Origin: Promethearchaeota archaeon
GTDB taxonomy: Archaea; Asgardarchaeota; Lokiarchaeia; Sigyniarchaeales; SOKP01
NCBI GenBank assembly: GCA_048939995.1
Contig: JBHLOY010000009.1
Coordinates: forward strand, 64,001-128,000
Reading direction: 5' to 3'
Length of the DNA stretch: 64,000 nt
Below the pieces are notes generated by a model that worked only from the letters and a program-made list of their open reading frames with translations, ran no database searches and had not been told where the DNA came from. The position numbers were made by a program, and so were the translations under genes. Positions 19,755 through 29,909 of this stretch are shown one piece after another (within the stretch, counting starts at the first letter, position 1; the number at the start of each line of letters is the position of its first letter).

Positions 19755-21932
19755 TTAATATATTTTAAGATCAATATTATAAATAAAATTTTTTGAGAGT
19801 TTAAATCTCGGGATCACATTAATCCCTTGATATATTTTTTTATATCCCTCATCAGTATACACAAATGCAACTATTGGAAACTTAGCGATTCTAACCTTCT
19901 CTAAGTCTGATTTTGAGGTGCTAGAGATTTCAATTTCTAATGTGAGATTATAATTTTCATCATATGATTTAAAATGATAGCCTTCATATTCAAAAGGTTT
20001 TAAAAGTTCATTGTTTTTACCATTTGCAAATAGTACTTGATTACTTTCCCATGAAAATCCCTTAGGGTCTCCATTAAAGAAAAAGGGTATGTCTATCCCC
20101 AACTCTAATTGATCTAAGATTCTTGCCATCATATCTTCCTTCCCAGGCTTCTTTTTTAAACTTCCCATCACGCTCAATTTGAGTGAGTTTTCTTTGACTA
20201 TAAGTTTCTTTGTAATCATACAAGGAAATCGCTCATCTAAAAAGATGTCCTTGACTGAACCACTACCTTTTAATTCTAATATTACTGATTTACCATCTTT
20301 CTCATTCCTTGTGATTTTAAATTCATTATTAACAAAATCTCCGAATTCATAATAATTATCTTTTTCGATTTGTTTCAATGGAACATTCTCATGCAGAAAT
20401 CTTGTTCTAAACATACTTCTTTTAAATCGATCAACCATTACTTCTTCTTTATTAACTTTATTAGTATCATGATATGCTTCAGGCCATCTAGTTAGGGTAT
20501 TCAATATATTATACGATTTAGGTTTAAAATCGAGTTCAAAAATTGTTCCTCCATCAGAAGGGTCTACATAGAGGCTTAAAAGATCGGATTCAATAATTAT
20601 ATCCATTTTACTATCCTTGTTGAAATCCATTGGAAGAATAGAAATGTAATTTTTTGATATTATATTAATTTCTGAATTTACTTCATCAATTACCTTCTCA
20701 GCATTAATTAAATGTGTGTATACTGAAAAACGTAAAAACTGTAAGTAAATCCCTCCAAATAATCCATGCCAATAACTATCATTGCACTGGGCTTTATAAA
20801 TCTCATCCCAAGCTTCATTTATTTTATTTTGATATTTATGTGTTTCAGTTTTCATTAATCTATCCTCAAGTTCTATAAGTTTTTCTCGTACATACAACAT
20901 TTTCTTATGCATATTGTTTGATTCAGGGTATTTTATTAAAAAAAAACGCCAAAAACCCCCCTGTAAAAATAAGTACTCATCTTTCCTTTGAGGATCATTC
21001 CTAATAGCTTCTCTAAGGATTTCAAATCTTTTTCTTATAGGAGTTAATAATACCCACTCCTCCATCTTATCATAACTGGCTGTTGGAAGATATACTAGAT
21101 TTTTTGCAGGTACTTTTTCCATATATTCTGAAGGCGTAATAGATTTTATCCATTCATTATTAATAACTTGTTCTAGAAAAGCTGATATGAACGGTTTGCC
21201 ATTATCTCCTTCCTGATGACCTTTTCCATCCACATAACATATCTCATGCGTTGTACCCCATACACCCATTTTTTCGGCATCAGATATTAATAATGCCATT
21301 CGATTTCCCTTTTCATCTGCCATCTTCTTTAGATATTCAATTGACAAATAAGTAGGTTTCCAAGGCGTTAAATATCTTAACTCCTCATTAATTGGGAAAA
21401 CCCTTAATATCTTTCCTTCATCCTCAGTATTATAGGAATAAAATGTATCAATTTCAGTTATACCAGTTGATCGAAAATGGTTGTCATCCACTATAACATA
21501 TTTTAAGCATACATCACATAAAAAGGAGGGATAATTCGGTTCCCAAACTCTTTCTGATAACCAAGCTCCTTTTACTTCTAAATTAAATTCCTTTTTAATC
21601 AAGGAAGATAACTTTTTCATCTGAGCAATTTTGTCCCTATAGGGAATAATAGCAAAAATAGGTTCGTAATAGCCTCCCCCAATCATCTCGACCTGTCCCC
21701 TATTAGCCATTTGCTTTAACTTTTCAATAATATCTGGTTTATTGATGATAAGCCATTCTAATAAATTCCCTGAAAAATGCAATGCTACCTTTACTTTAGC
21801 ATATTTATAAAGACACTCCAGTAACGGTTTATATGCTTTTTGGTATGCATCTTCAATTACCCAGTTAAAATTGTCAATAGGCTGATGGAAATGAAAGACA
21901 ATAGGAAGGTATATGGTCTTAGCTCTTGGCAT
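19755..21932 (-). CDS. GH57 alpha-amylase / 4-alpha-glucanotransferase
   Basis: HFHQP, GGGYYEPI, WLSERVW (nucleophile Glu), SDAEKMG (acid/base Asp), AQCNDSYWHGLFGG. Confidence 0.9.
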   Translation of the reverse strand: MPRAKTIYLPIVFHFHQPIDNFNWVIEDAYQKAYKPLLECLYKYAKVKVALHFSGNLLEWLIINKPDIIEKLKQMANRGQVEMIGGGYYEPIFAIIPYRDKIAQMKKLSSLIKKEFNLEVKGAWLSERVWEPNYPSFLCDVCLKYVIVDDNHFRSTGITEIDTFYSYNTEDEGKILRVFPINEELRYLTPWKPTYLSIEYLKKMADEKGNRMALLISDAEKMGVWGTTHEICYVDGKGHQEGDNGKPFISAFLEQVINNEWIKSITPSEYMEKVPAKNLVYLPTASYDKMEEWVLLTPIRKRFEILREAIRNDPQRKDEYLFLQGGFWRFFLIKYPESNNMHKKMLYVREKLIELEDRLMKTETHKYQNKINEAWDEIYKAQCNDSYWHGLFGGIYLQFLRFSVYTHLINAEKVIDEVNSEINIISKNYISILPMDFNKDSKMDIIIESDLLSLYVDPSDGGTIFELDFKPKSYNILNTLTRWPEAYHDTNKVNKEEVMVDRFKRSMFRTRFLHENVPLKQIEKDNYYEFGDFVNNEFKITRNEKDGKSVILELKGSGSVKDIFLDERFPCMITKKLIVKENSLKLSVMGSLKKKPGKEDMMARILDQLELGIDIPFFFNGDPKGFSWESNQVLFANGKNNELLKPFEYEGYHFKSYDENYNLTLEIEISSTSKSDLEKVRIAKFPIVAFVYTDEGYKKIYQGINVIPRFKLSKNFIYNIDLKIY

Positions 21933-22133
21933 ATTTACTTACTCTTTGTTAATTGTTAAAGTAACTTTATAAAAAGGAATTAAAGATTAATAATGAAGTT
22001 ATTTAAAAAGAAATTAAAAGATTTTTAACATACATAAAAGTCGCAATCTTTTTATACAAGTCTCATATAAAATTTATATAATTATTTTGATTTTTTTAAC
22101 AAAAATATTCAAACTTAAAAAGGGTTTAATTCA

Positions 22134-22562
22134 ATGAGTAGTACGAAAGTAAAAGAATCAAGTACAGTTTTAAATATCCTTTTAATCCTTCTTGGACTGG
22201 TTTTCTTATTTAAGGCAGTAATCGAAGTTTTAAATTGGTTTGGGATATTACTCCCCGGTGAGTGGGGTGGATTTGAGGAGTTAGAAATATTTGGGGCTTT
22301 AGGTTTAGTATCTATTGCTTTAGGTGTTTGGTCAATTATCGCAGGAGTTGGAATGTTTAAAGAAGCAAAATGGGCATTGGGAATAGCATTAGTAGTATTA
22401 AGCATTATGGTATTAACTGGGATTGCTCCTATAGTCGGATGGATTCAAGATATATCATCATTTGATTATACTTACTGGCCAAATTATATTACTTTGATCT
22501 CATTCGTTATTGGAATAGTCGGATTTTTCTGGTTGCTTTTCACAAGAAAAAGGTATGTTTAG
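22134..22562 (+). CDS. Hypothetical 4-TM membrane protein
   Basis: Four hydrophobic segments. Confidence 0.7.
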   Translation: MSSTKVKESSTVLNILLILLGLVFLFKAVIEVLNWFGILLPGEWGGFEELEIFGALGLVSIALGVWSIIAGVGMFKEAKWALGIALVVLSIMVLTGIAPIVGWIQDISSFDYTYWPNYITLISFVIGIVGFFWLLFTRKRYV

Positions 22563-22702
22563 TTTTATTTAAAAAAAAAATTTAATTTCTTTTTATTTCT
22601 TTTTGGGATTTTAGAATAAAGCCTTTTAACAATAAGGTAAAATTATATAAATAAGATAATTATTAATAATAATTAATATTCATAATCGAATTCCAATGAA
22701 AG

Positions 22703-25700
22703 GTGATTTTTTTGCAGCAAGAATTAGGTGAAAAAACTGAAATCGAGAGTTTTGAATATCCTAAACACTTATACCCGGAGAAGAAAGGGTTAGCTAAAGC
22801 TTTTCAATTAGCTAGGAATTTTGGACATAGTGATTCTATTAATTCAGTCGCTGTTTCTTCTCAAGGGGATCTTATCGTGAGTGGTTCTAATGATAAAACG
22901 TTAAAAGTCTGGGATTTTTCATCAGGAAATCTTTTAAGGACAATTGAAGCACATAGCAAGGAAATTTTAAGTGTTGCTATATCTAAGGATGATAGTTACA
23001 TAATTAGCGGTTCCTCAGATAATTCAATAAAGGTGTGGGGGTTAAGGAGAGGAAATCTGATTCATCATCTTAAGGATCATAAAGATGAGGTAACATGTTT
23101 AGTAGTTAGTCCTGATGGGAAACAATTGATAAGTGGTTCTAAAGATACGACTGTTATAGTATGGGATCTATTAGCAGGGAAATTACTGCATACTTTTGAA
23201 CTTAAAAATCCCATTAAATCTGTTGTTGTGTCCCCAAATGAGAATTTACTAGCTTGTGGAAATGATGAGGGCTTAATATATTTATTGAATTTAAAGAAAA
23301 ATAAACTCGAGAATAAGTTTAGGGAGCATTCAGGTAATGTCAATTCATTAAAGATTTCAGTAGATGGCAATTATATGGTGAGTGGTGCTGATGATAATAG
23401 GATAATAATATGGGATTTATCGAAAAAAAAACCTCTACTGAAACTTGAAGCTCATTCGGGTTCTGTACGAGCGGTGGCTATATCTCCCGATGGAAGTTTA
23501 CTGGTTAGTGGTTCTGAAGATAAAACAATCAGATTTTGGGATTTATCAACAGGTAAACTTACTAGAACCTTAAAAGGTTATACTGATGCTGTAACATCTT
23601 TGGCCTTTTCCCCCAATGGAAAATATATCGTAGCAGGTTCTAGTAATAATGATATCATGGTCTGGGAGTTGGGAGAAGGTACTCTTTTAGGCTCAATTGA
23701 AGCTCATTCATCAGGTATTAATAAAATTAGTATATCACCCAATGGAGAATACATTGCTACAGGATCAGATGATGGTACAGTAAAACTATGGAACATGAAG
23801 ACCCAAAGTCTTATAAAAACCTTTAGTGGTCATAAAAAACCAATTGTTTCATTAGCATTCGCACCTAACGTTCCTTATTATTTAGTTAGCACTTCTTTGG
23901 ATAGAAATGTAATAATTTGGAATATTGTAAATTCAGAAATCATCCAAACCCTAAAAAAAGAATCAGCAGTAGCTCAGGCTGTAGATTTTGCTCTAGAAAA
24001 TAACCGTATAATTTTAGGGTACAGCAATAATTATATAAAGATTTGGGATATTGATAGTCAAAATTTCATATGGGAAAAAAAGGCTCATAAAGGAGGAATC
24101 ACCTCTATAGCTTTTACGCCAAATGGTCGGTACTTTGTTAGTTGTTCAGAAGATAAAACCATAAAGATATGGGATTTTTCTTCAAAAGAAGAAATTAAAT
24201 CTCTTGAGGATCATAAGGGAAAAGTTTTATCAATTGCAATTTCTCCAAATGGAAGAACAATTTATAGTAGTGCAGATGACAAATTGATTAAAGCCCATGA
24301 TTTCTATAGCGGAGAATTAATCGCAAATCTTGAAGGTCATAATGATGCTATAGGGAGTATTTCATGTTCAGCTATGGGAACTTGTTTAGTAAGTGGTTCT
24401 GATGATAATACTGTTAAAGTATGGGACGCTGTAAGATATCAATTGATTCAAACATTTGAGGGTCATTCAAAAGAAGTCACATCTGTGTCGGTTACCCCAA
24501 ATGGAAAAATTCTTATCAGTGGATCTCAAGATGGAGATTTAAAGTTATGGTCGTTAAATTTTGGGGGTGTATTTAAGAATATTAAAGGCCATACTGACAG
24601 TGTGAATTCAATTGCCGTGTCTTCAAACGCAAAATACGCTTTAAGTGGATTGTCAAATCATTCATTAATCTTATGGGATGTTTCTAATGGAGAATCAATC
24701 AAAATTTTTACGGGACATACAGATATTATAAGCTCGATAGTATTTTCTCCAGGTGGAAAATATATGGCTAGTGCTTCATATGATAATACTTTAAAAATTT
24801 GGGAGATAAATAGTGGAGAAGTTCTTTATACACTAAATGGTCATAGTGATGCTGTTACTTCAGTTGCTGCATCAAATGATACAAATTATATTGTTAGTGG
24901 ATCAAAGGATAAAACCATTATAATATGGGAAACGCACTCAGGAAAATTGGTTAAAAGGCTAAAAGGGCATGAAAAAGCTGTTACAACCATTGATATTTCA
25001 CCAAATAGTGAATTCTTTATTAGTGGATCAGAGGATAATTCAATTATTATTTGGGATCTTAAGAAAGGAAAGCAGATTCGTACTCTAGAAGGGCATACCG
25101 GGACAATAACAGCCTTAGCATTTTCACCAAAAGGAGATTATATTGTTAGTGGGTCAAAAGATCAGACTGTAAGAATATGGAAATTTGAAACTGGTGAATT
25201 AGACTACGTATTTGAAAAAATAAATAGTCCAATTACTTCAGTTGCGATATCCACTGATGGTTTATACTTAGCATGTGGAACAGAAGATAATTTTTTAAGG
25301 ATATGGGATTTTGTAGAGAAGTATCAGACAACTTATTATTACTTATCAAGAATAAATTCACTGAGATTTATTCCTAATAGGGAACAGATTATTGCGGGCT
25401 ACGATTCTGGAGATGTGTTAATTTGGGATTTATTATTGGAAGAACAGGAACAATTAATTAAAGAACTTCGAGGAAAACTAAATGATGTTGAAAAATTAAT
25501 TGGTGATAATAAATACACTGATGCGATTGAACAATTGAACTTTATTTTAGAGACAGCTGATTTATTTAACATTGAAGAAATTAGGAATATTGCATTTGAA
25601 AAGCTTAAGAATCTAAGAGATCCCCAAGAAAAGCTCAGAGTGGTTAAAAAGATTTTAGAATTTGAATTTGAAAATCAAAGAGAGATAACTAAAGCTGAGA

Positions 25701-26383
25701 TGGTCAGTCATTTAAATATTGAAATCTCCGATATTGATTTTTATGAACAATTACTAAAAGTCTCTCTTGATTATAGTCAAGCTGAAACTCCAGAATTAGA
25801 ATCTCTTGGTACTAAAATTTTAAAAGAATATATGAATCCTACGCTATATGATTTAGTAGTAAAATTAGAATTTGAGATTGCTAAGGCTAAAAAAATCGGT
25901 AAATTTCTTAAAGATAGAGGATTTATTAAAGAATTTAGAAATTATCCCTTAAGTGATATGGGAAGAATTAATGGTAAAGGTATATCCGTTTTTGTTAGTT
26001 ACGCAACAAAAGACGCACCCCTCTTTAAGATAGAAGAAGTAGCCCATAAACTTAAAGACTATGATGATATCCAAGAGGTGCTCTACTGGCAAGAACATAT
26101 GAAAGACAATATTATCAAATACATGAGTGATAATCTTGGTAAATGTCATGTAGTTTTATTATTTTGTTCCGAAAATGCTTTGAAATCTACTCCGGTTGAG
26201 GAGGAATGGACTGCAGCAGACATGATGAGAAAACCAATAATTCCTATATTTTTAAAACCAGAACACATTCCTCCCTTGCTTAAATCTAGATTGGGATATG
26301 AATTTGATTTAATAGATATGGACCGCAATATAAATCAAATTCATAATTTAATATTTAAAAAATGTCAGAGTCCTGATAAATAA
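22703..26383 (+). CDS. WD40-repeat (21 repeats) protein with C-terminal TIR domain
   Basis: 21 GH...SGS.D..I..WD units counted; helical linker; TIR from about 25982: VFVSYA..D, VVLLFCSENALKS..VEEEW, IIPIF. Confidence 0.9.
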   Translation: MIFLQQELGEKTEIESFEYPKHLYPEKKGLAKAFQLARNFGHSDSINSVAVSSQGDLIVSGSNDKTLKVWDFSSGNLLRTIEAHSKEILSVAISKDDSYIISGSSDNSIKVWGLRRGNLIHHLKDHKDEVTCLVVSPDGKQLISGSKDTTVIVWDLLAGKLLHTFELKNPIKSVVVSPNENLLACGNDEGLIYLLNLKKNKLENKFREHSGNVNSLKISVDGNYMVSGADDNRIIIWDLSKKKPLLKLEAHSGSVRAVAISPDGSLLVSGSEDKTIRFWDLSTGKLTRTLKGYTDAVTSLAFSPNGKYIVAGSSNNDIMVWELGEGTLLGSIEAHSSGINKISISPNGEYIATGSDDGTVKLWNMKTQSLIKTFSGHKKPIVSLAFAPNVPYYLVSTSLDRNVIIWNIVNSEIIQTLKKESAVAQAVDFALENNRIILGYSNNYIKIWDIDSQNFIWEKKAHKGGITSIAFTPNGRYFVSCSEDKTIKIWDFSSKEEIKSLEDHKGKVLSIAISPNGRTIYSSADDKLIKAHDFYSGELIANLEGHNDAIGSISCSAMGTCLVSGSDDNTVKVWDAVRYQLIQTFEGHSKEVTSVSVTPNGKILISGSQDGDLKLWSLNFGGVFKNIKGHTDSVNSIAVSSNAKYALSGLSNHSLILWDVSNGESIKIFTGHTDIISSIVFSPGGKYMASASYDNTLKIWEINSGEVLYTLNGHSDAVTSVAASNDTNYIVSGSKDKTIIIWETHSGKLVKRLKGHEKAVTTIDISPNSEFFISGSEDNSIIIWDLKKGKQIRTLEGHTGTITALAFSPKGDYIVSGSKDQTVRIWKFETGELDYVFEKINSPITSVAISTDGLYLACGTEDNFLRIWDFVEKYQTTYYYLSRINSLRFIPNREQIIAGYDSGDVLIWDLLLEEQEQLIKELRGKLNDVEKLIGDNKYTDAIEQLNFILETADLFNIEEIRNIAFEKLKNLRDPQEKLRVVKKILEFEFENQREITKAEMVSHLNIEISDIDFYEQLLKVSLDYSQAETPELESLGTKILKEYMNPTLYDLVVKLEFEIAKAKKIGKFLKDRGFIKEFRNYPLSDMGRINGKGISVFVSYATKDAPLFKIEEVAHKLKDYDDIQEVLYWQEHMKDNIIKYMSDNLGKCHVVLLFCSENALKSTPVEEEWTAADMMRKPIIPIFLKPEHIPPLLKSRLGYEFDLIDMDRNINQIHNLIFKKCQSPDK

Positions 26384-26578
26384 TTTTAATTTATCGACTA
26401 CTGATATAATTATTTTTTTCTTTATCAATATGAATGATTTATATCAAAAGTTTTTTAAAAAGTTAAATAACACTTAATTTCAAATAATTTCTTCAAGATA
26501 CAATATTCAACATTATTCTTAATAAAGAATTGTACCTTTAGAGATCTGTACAATTAATTTGTTTAAAATTGAGTTATT

Positions 26579-28315
26579 ATGTCAGATGAATTTGATAAAA
26601 ATTTAATCCAGCAAGTTATTGATTCTAATGAGTTTAAAGCATGGTTAATTTCCAAAAGATGGTTTGGAGATAAAACATTATTGTCAAACTTGGATTTTAA
26701 AATTAATTTGAAATATTTTGAATTTATAGTAGAAAGAATCTTTATTACTGTAATTTCTATAGAGAAAAATAATTATTCTAAATCTTACTTCCTTCCTTTA
26801 ATATATTACCATAAAATAATGGATATTCTTGATCCTGTTGAAAATATCAGAGGAAATGTTGTAAGATTAACGGAGAAAACCTTTAGTAAGATTCTGATCA
26901 GAAACATTACTGAAGAGGGGCAAAACAATGTGTTTCCAGTTAATTTGATTGAAGCTGAATACTGTCTTTTCTTCTGGAAAAAATTATTATTTGATAAACA
27001 TATCTCTGAATATTTTCCTTCAATGTCATTAGATTTAACTTTATACACTGAACAATTTCAAGATGAGCCCAACATGAAACAAGTTCAGAATCTTATCGAA
27101 GCAAGCTTATATCGAGACAGATTCGAATTATCATTAGAGCAATTAGGAGGAGGAAATACTACAAATCTTTTATTTCTCCTCAGCATTAAAAATTTAAACA
27201 TTCCAAATTCTATACCAATTTCATATGTAGTAAAATCTTATAAGGAATTCCGTGAAAGTTTTGAACCTAGAATATTATTTGTGTTAGTTAAAAATAAATT
27301 TCCTAATGCTCCAAAAATATATGGAACATTAAAATTTCATGAAAAAGATACAATAGGGATTCTCCAAAATGTACCTAATTTAGGTAACGTAGGAGATATT
27401 TATTGGAATGATCTAAATAATATGATTTATAAAGTTTTTAGGGATATAAATGAGGATTATAGTTATTTAGATAATAAAGAAAAGATGTCAGAAATAATTT
27501 ACCAAAATTGTTCTGAATCTCTAAAAGTCTCAGAAAAAATCGGTGTCCATATAAAAGAATTGCATAAGGCTCTTGTTCTCCCTGATCGAGAAGACTTTAA
27601 TAAAGAAACTGTTGATAGTGAAAATTTTCTCGAGCAGTATACAAATAAGTTGAATTCTATGATAATGGCGATTCAGTCTAAAATGAAGGAAAAATCAGAA
27701 AGTTCATTCTTTAAATCTCCAAAAATAAGTTCTATTCTGATAGATATTAGAGATATTATTGAGAAATTCAGATCAGAATTTAGAGTTCCAGAAATAGACA
27801 TCCAACCGGTGCATCAAGATTTACATATGCAACAAATTCTTTATAATAAAATTAATGGAGAGTATCAATTTTATTTTATTGATTTTGAGGGTGATCCTCA
27901 ATTAACTCCTGAAGAAAAAAAACACAAATTTCCTATTGAAAAAGATCTAGCCTCATTTTTAAGGTCTTTAAGTTATATAAAATTCAATACAATACTTAAC
28001 TTCATAGAACAAAGGATTATAGATCACAATAAATTTGAGGTAGCAGAAGAATTTTTATTTAGCACTTATTTTAGGAAAGCTTCAAAAATAAGCCTAAAAC
28101 ATAAAATTCTTGAAATTATTTTAAAATTACTCAGTAGTTGGGAATTAAAATTAATGGGAAAACTTTTTGAGGAGGGAGAAAAATTACATTTTACATTGAT
28201 CAATTATTTTACGATTGAGCGCGCTCTTCACGAATTAGATTATGAATTATTATTTAGGCCAAATAAAACTATTGTCCCAATTTTGGGTTTAAAAGAAATC
28301 ATAGATAAATATTAA
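26579..28315 (+). CDS. Maltokinase (Mak/Pep2)-like phosphotransferase
   Basis: N-cap WLISKRWFGDK, HQDLHMQQIL, IDFEGDP, KDLASFLRSLSY, ERALHELDYELLFRP. Confidence 0.75.
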   Translation: MSDEFDKNLIQQVIDSNEFKAWLISKRWFGDKTLLSNLDFKINLKYFEFIVERIFITVISIEKNNYSKSYFLPLIYYHKIMDILDPVENIRGNVVRLTEKTFSKILIRNITEEGQNNVFPVNLIEAEYCLFFWKKLLFDKHISEYFPSMSLDLTLYTEQFQDEPNMKQVQNLIEASLYRDRFELSLEQLGGGNTTNLLFLLSIKNLNIPNSIPISYVVKSYKEFRESFEPRILFVLVKNKFPNAPKIYGTLKFHEKDTIGILQNVPNLGNVGDIYWNDLNNMIYKVFRDINEDYSYLDNKEKMSEIIYQNCSESLKVSEKIGVHIKELHKALVLPDREDFNKETVDSENFLEQYTNKLNSMIMAIQSKMKEKSESSFFKSPKISSILIDIRDIIEKFRSEFRVPEIDIQPVHQDLHMQQILYNKINGEYQFYFIDFEGDPQLTPEEKKHKFPIEKDLASFLRSLSYIKFNTILNFIEQRIIDHNKFEVAEEFLFSTYFRKASKISLKHKILEIILKLLSSWELKLMGKLFEEGEKLHFTLINYFTIERALHELDYELLFRPNKTIVPILGLKEIIDKY

Positions 28316-28924
28316 TTATTCTAATTCAGATATTTTAGCAAATTCAAATGAATAATGTGATGATGATCTGTTTACAGGTTGGATTTCATTCTTATATTTA
28401 GCTCTTAAACTTTTATTTCCTTTCATTTCTTCTTCAATATAGCTTAGGTTCATTTCTTTATTATGATAAATTCTCCATAAAAATGATTCTACAAACTTTT
28501 GTGGCCCAAATTCTTTTGTAACTAATAGATAATTTTCTTCATCAATGAATTTTCTAAAGAATCCTAAATTATCACAAAATTCTAATTTATAAACAATATC
28601 CTCTTCTTTCCCATTTATTCGCGCAATATCATTAATAAAACGAGCCAATTTATCTCCTAATCTTATTTGCTCTTGCTCATCAGTATTATCAATTAATTTT
28701 TTCACATAGCTTCTTTTAATAATTATAAAGTCTCGATTATTTAATGATTTAATTGAACCTCTCTGCTTTATTATAAACTTTGACATATCTAGATAATTCC
28801 TTATTAAATCAGCTTTCGAAAGACCTAATCTTTCTTTCATTCTATTTAAATTATTGTTTAAATATTGATCTATTCTAATTGTAATTACATCTTGATTGGA
28901 ATTTGACATCCTTTTTTGACTCAA
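28316..28924 (-). CDS. Ribbon-helix-helix (CopG-like) regulator with C-terminal domain
   Basis: VITIRIDQYLNNNLNRMKERLGLSKADLIRNYL RHH pattern. Confidence 0.7.
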   Translation of the reverse strand: MSQKRMSNSNQDVITIRIDQYLNNNLNRMKERLGLSKADLIRNYLDMSKFIIKQRGSIKSLNNRDFIIIKRSYVKKLIDNTDEQEQIRLGDKLARFINDIARINGKEEDIVYKLEFCDNLGFFRKFIDEENYLLVTKEFGPQKFVESFLWRIYHNKEMNLSYIEEEMKGNKSLRAKYKNEIQPVNRSSSHYSFEFAKISELE

Positions 28925-28960
28925 TTTTTATACATACCTTAATTTTTAATTGTTTATTTT

Positions 28961-28984
28961 GTAACATTATGTAATCAAAGTAAC
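28961..28984. promoter_or_regulatory. Candidate operator: GTAA(C/T) x3 at about 10-bp spacing
   Basis: GTAAC 28961, GTAAT 28971, GTAAC 28980, just upstream of the RHH gene; similar string at 29402-29420. Confidence 0.25.
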
Positions 28985-29537
28985 TTAAAAAGTTTAACGC
29001 ATATTTTTGAATTTTTTTCAGCATTCTTAATAGTACAAACTTATTTAGTTTTTTTATCTTGTAGAATTAAAGCGGAATTTATACAAATCTCTTGTCTAGA
29101 GGCATTTTATTGATTAAATAGTGCCTATATTAAAAGATAATAGAGATGTTATATACTTTTTCAAAACTATTTTTTACAAAAATTGAAAAAAACATGAAAT
29201 TAATTTCGGTTTAAAACATAATATATTAAATAGATGATATTTTAACTAAATTACAAAGGCTAAAAAAGAAGTTTGAATTAAATTTAGGAATATATAAAAA
29301 AAAGCTTAGGGGAAAGACTAGTATGACAAATTTAACACAATATAATTTGGATCATTGATATCAATCTTCATTTTAATGATATAAAATATTTTTAAGATCA
29401 TATGTAACTAAAAGTAAACTATTGAAGTCAAAAGTATTAGGATGAATATAAGATTAGACTTAAAAGCATAATTAGATTTACTTTTTTTGTACCCAAATGA
29501 TAAAAAAATTGCCATTATTAAGGGTTGAATTGAGATA

Positions 29538-29894
29538 GTGCAAATAACAGAAAATTTAGGTCAAAATCCAGAAATAGATTCTTCTTTAAAGTTAGAATTA
29601 GTTGATAGTGATACAGGATCAATTACAATTGAGTCAGATGGTAAAATTGAGTTAATAGCAAAGGCGCTTTCATCAGAAACTCGACGCTCGATTCTTCATC
29701 AAATTCAAATACACCAAGAAGGGATGGATGTATCCAATATAGCCGCAAATTTAAATATGACAGAGGCTAATATATCTGCTCAAATTAAAAAGCTGGAAGA
29801 AGCAGGTTTGATTGATTGTGATTATTGTTCAGGGAATCATGGGGTAAGAAAAATAAGTAAATTGAAATATTGCCAAATAAGTATCAAATTTTGA
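29538..29894 (+). CDS. ArsR/SmtB-family wHTH regulator
   Basis: KALSSETRRSIL, NIAANLNMTEANISAQIKKLEEAGLI. Confidence 0.85.
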   Translation: MQITENLGQNPEIDSSLKLELVDSDTGSITIESDGKIELIAKALSSETRRSILHQIQIHQEGMDVSNIAANLNMTEANISAQIKKLEEAGLIDCDYCSGNHGVRKISKLKYCQISIKF

Positions 29895-29909
29895 TTCTTA
29901 TTCTTATAT

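Noticed and set aside
19572-19796. 74-aa plus-strand ORF
   Set aside because: Overlaps the GH57 3' end and a more gene-like minus-strand ORF; no recognisable features
22703-26383. NLR/STAND classification of the WD40-TIR protein
   Set aside because: No Walker A/B motif in the linker
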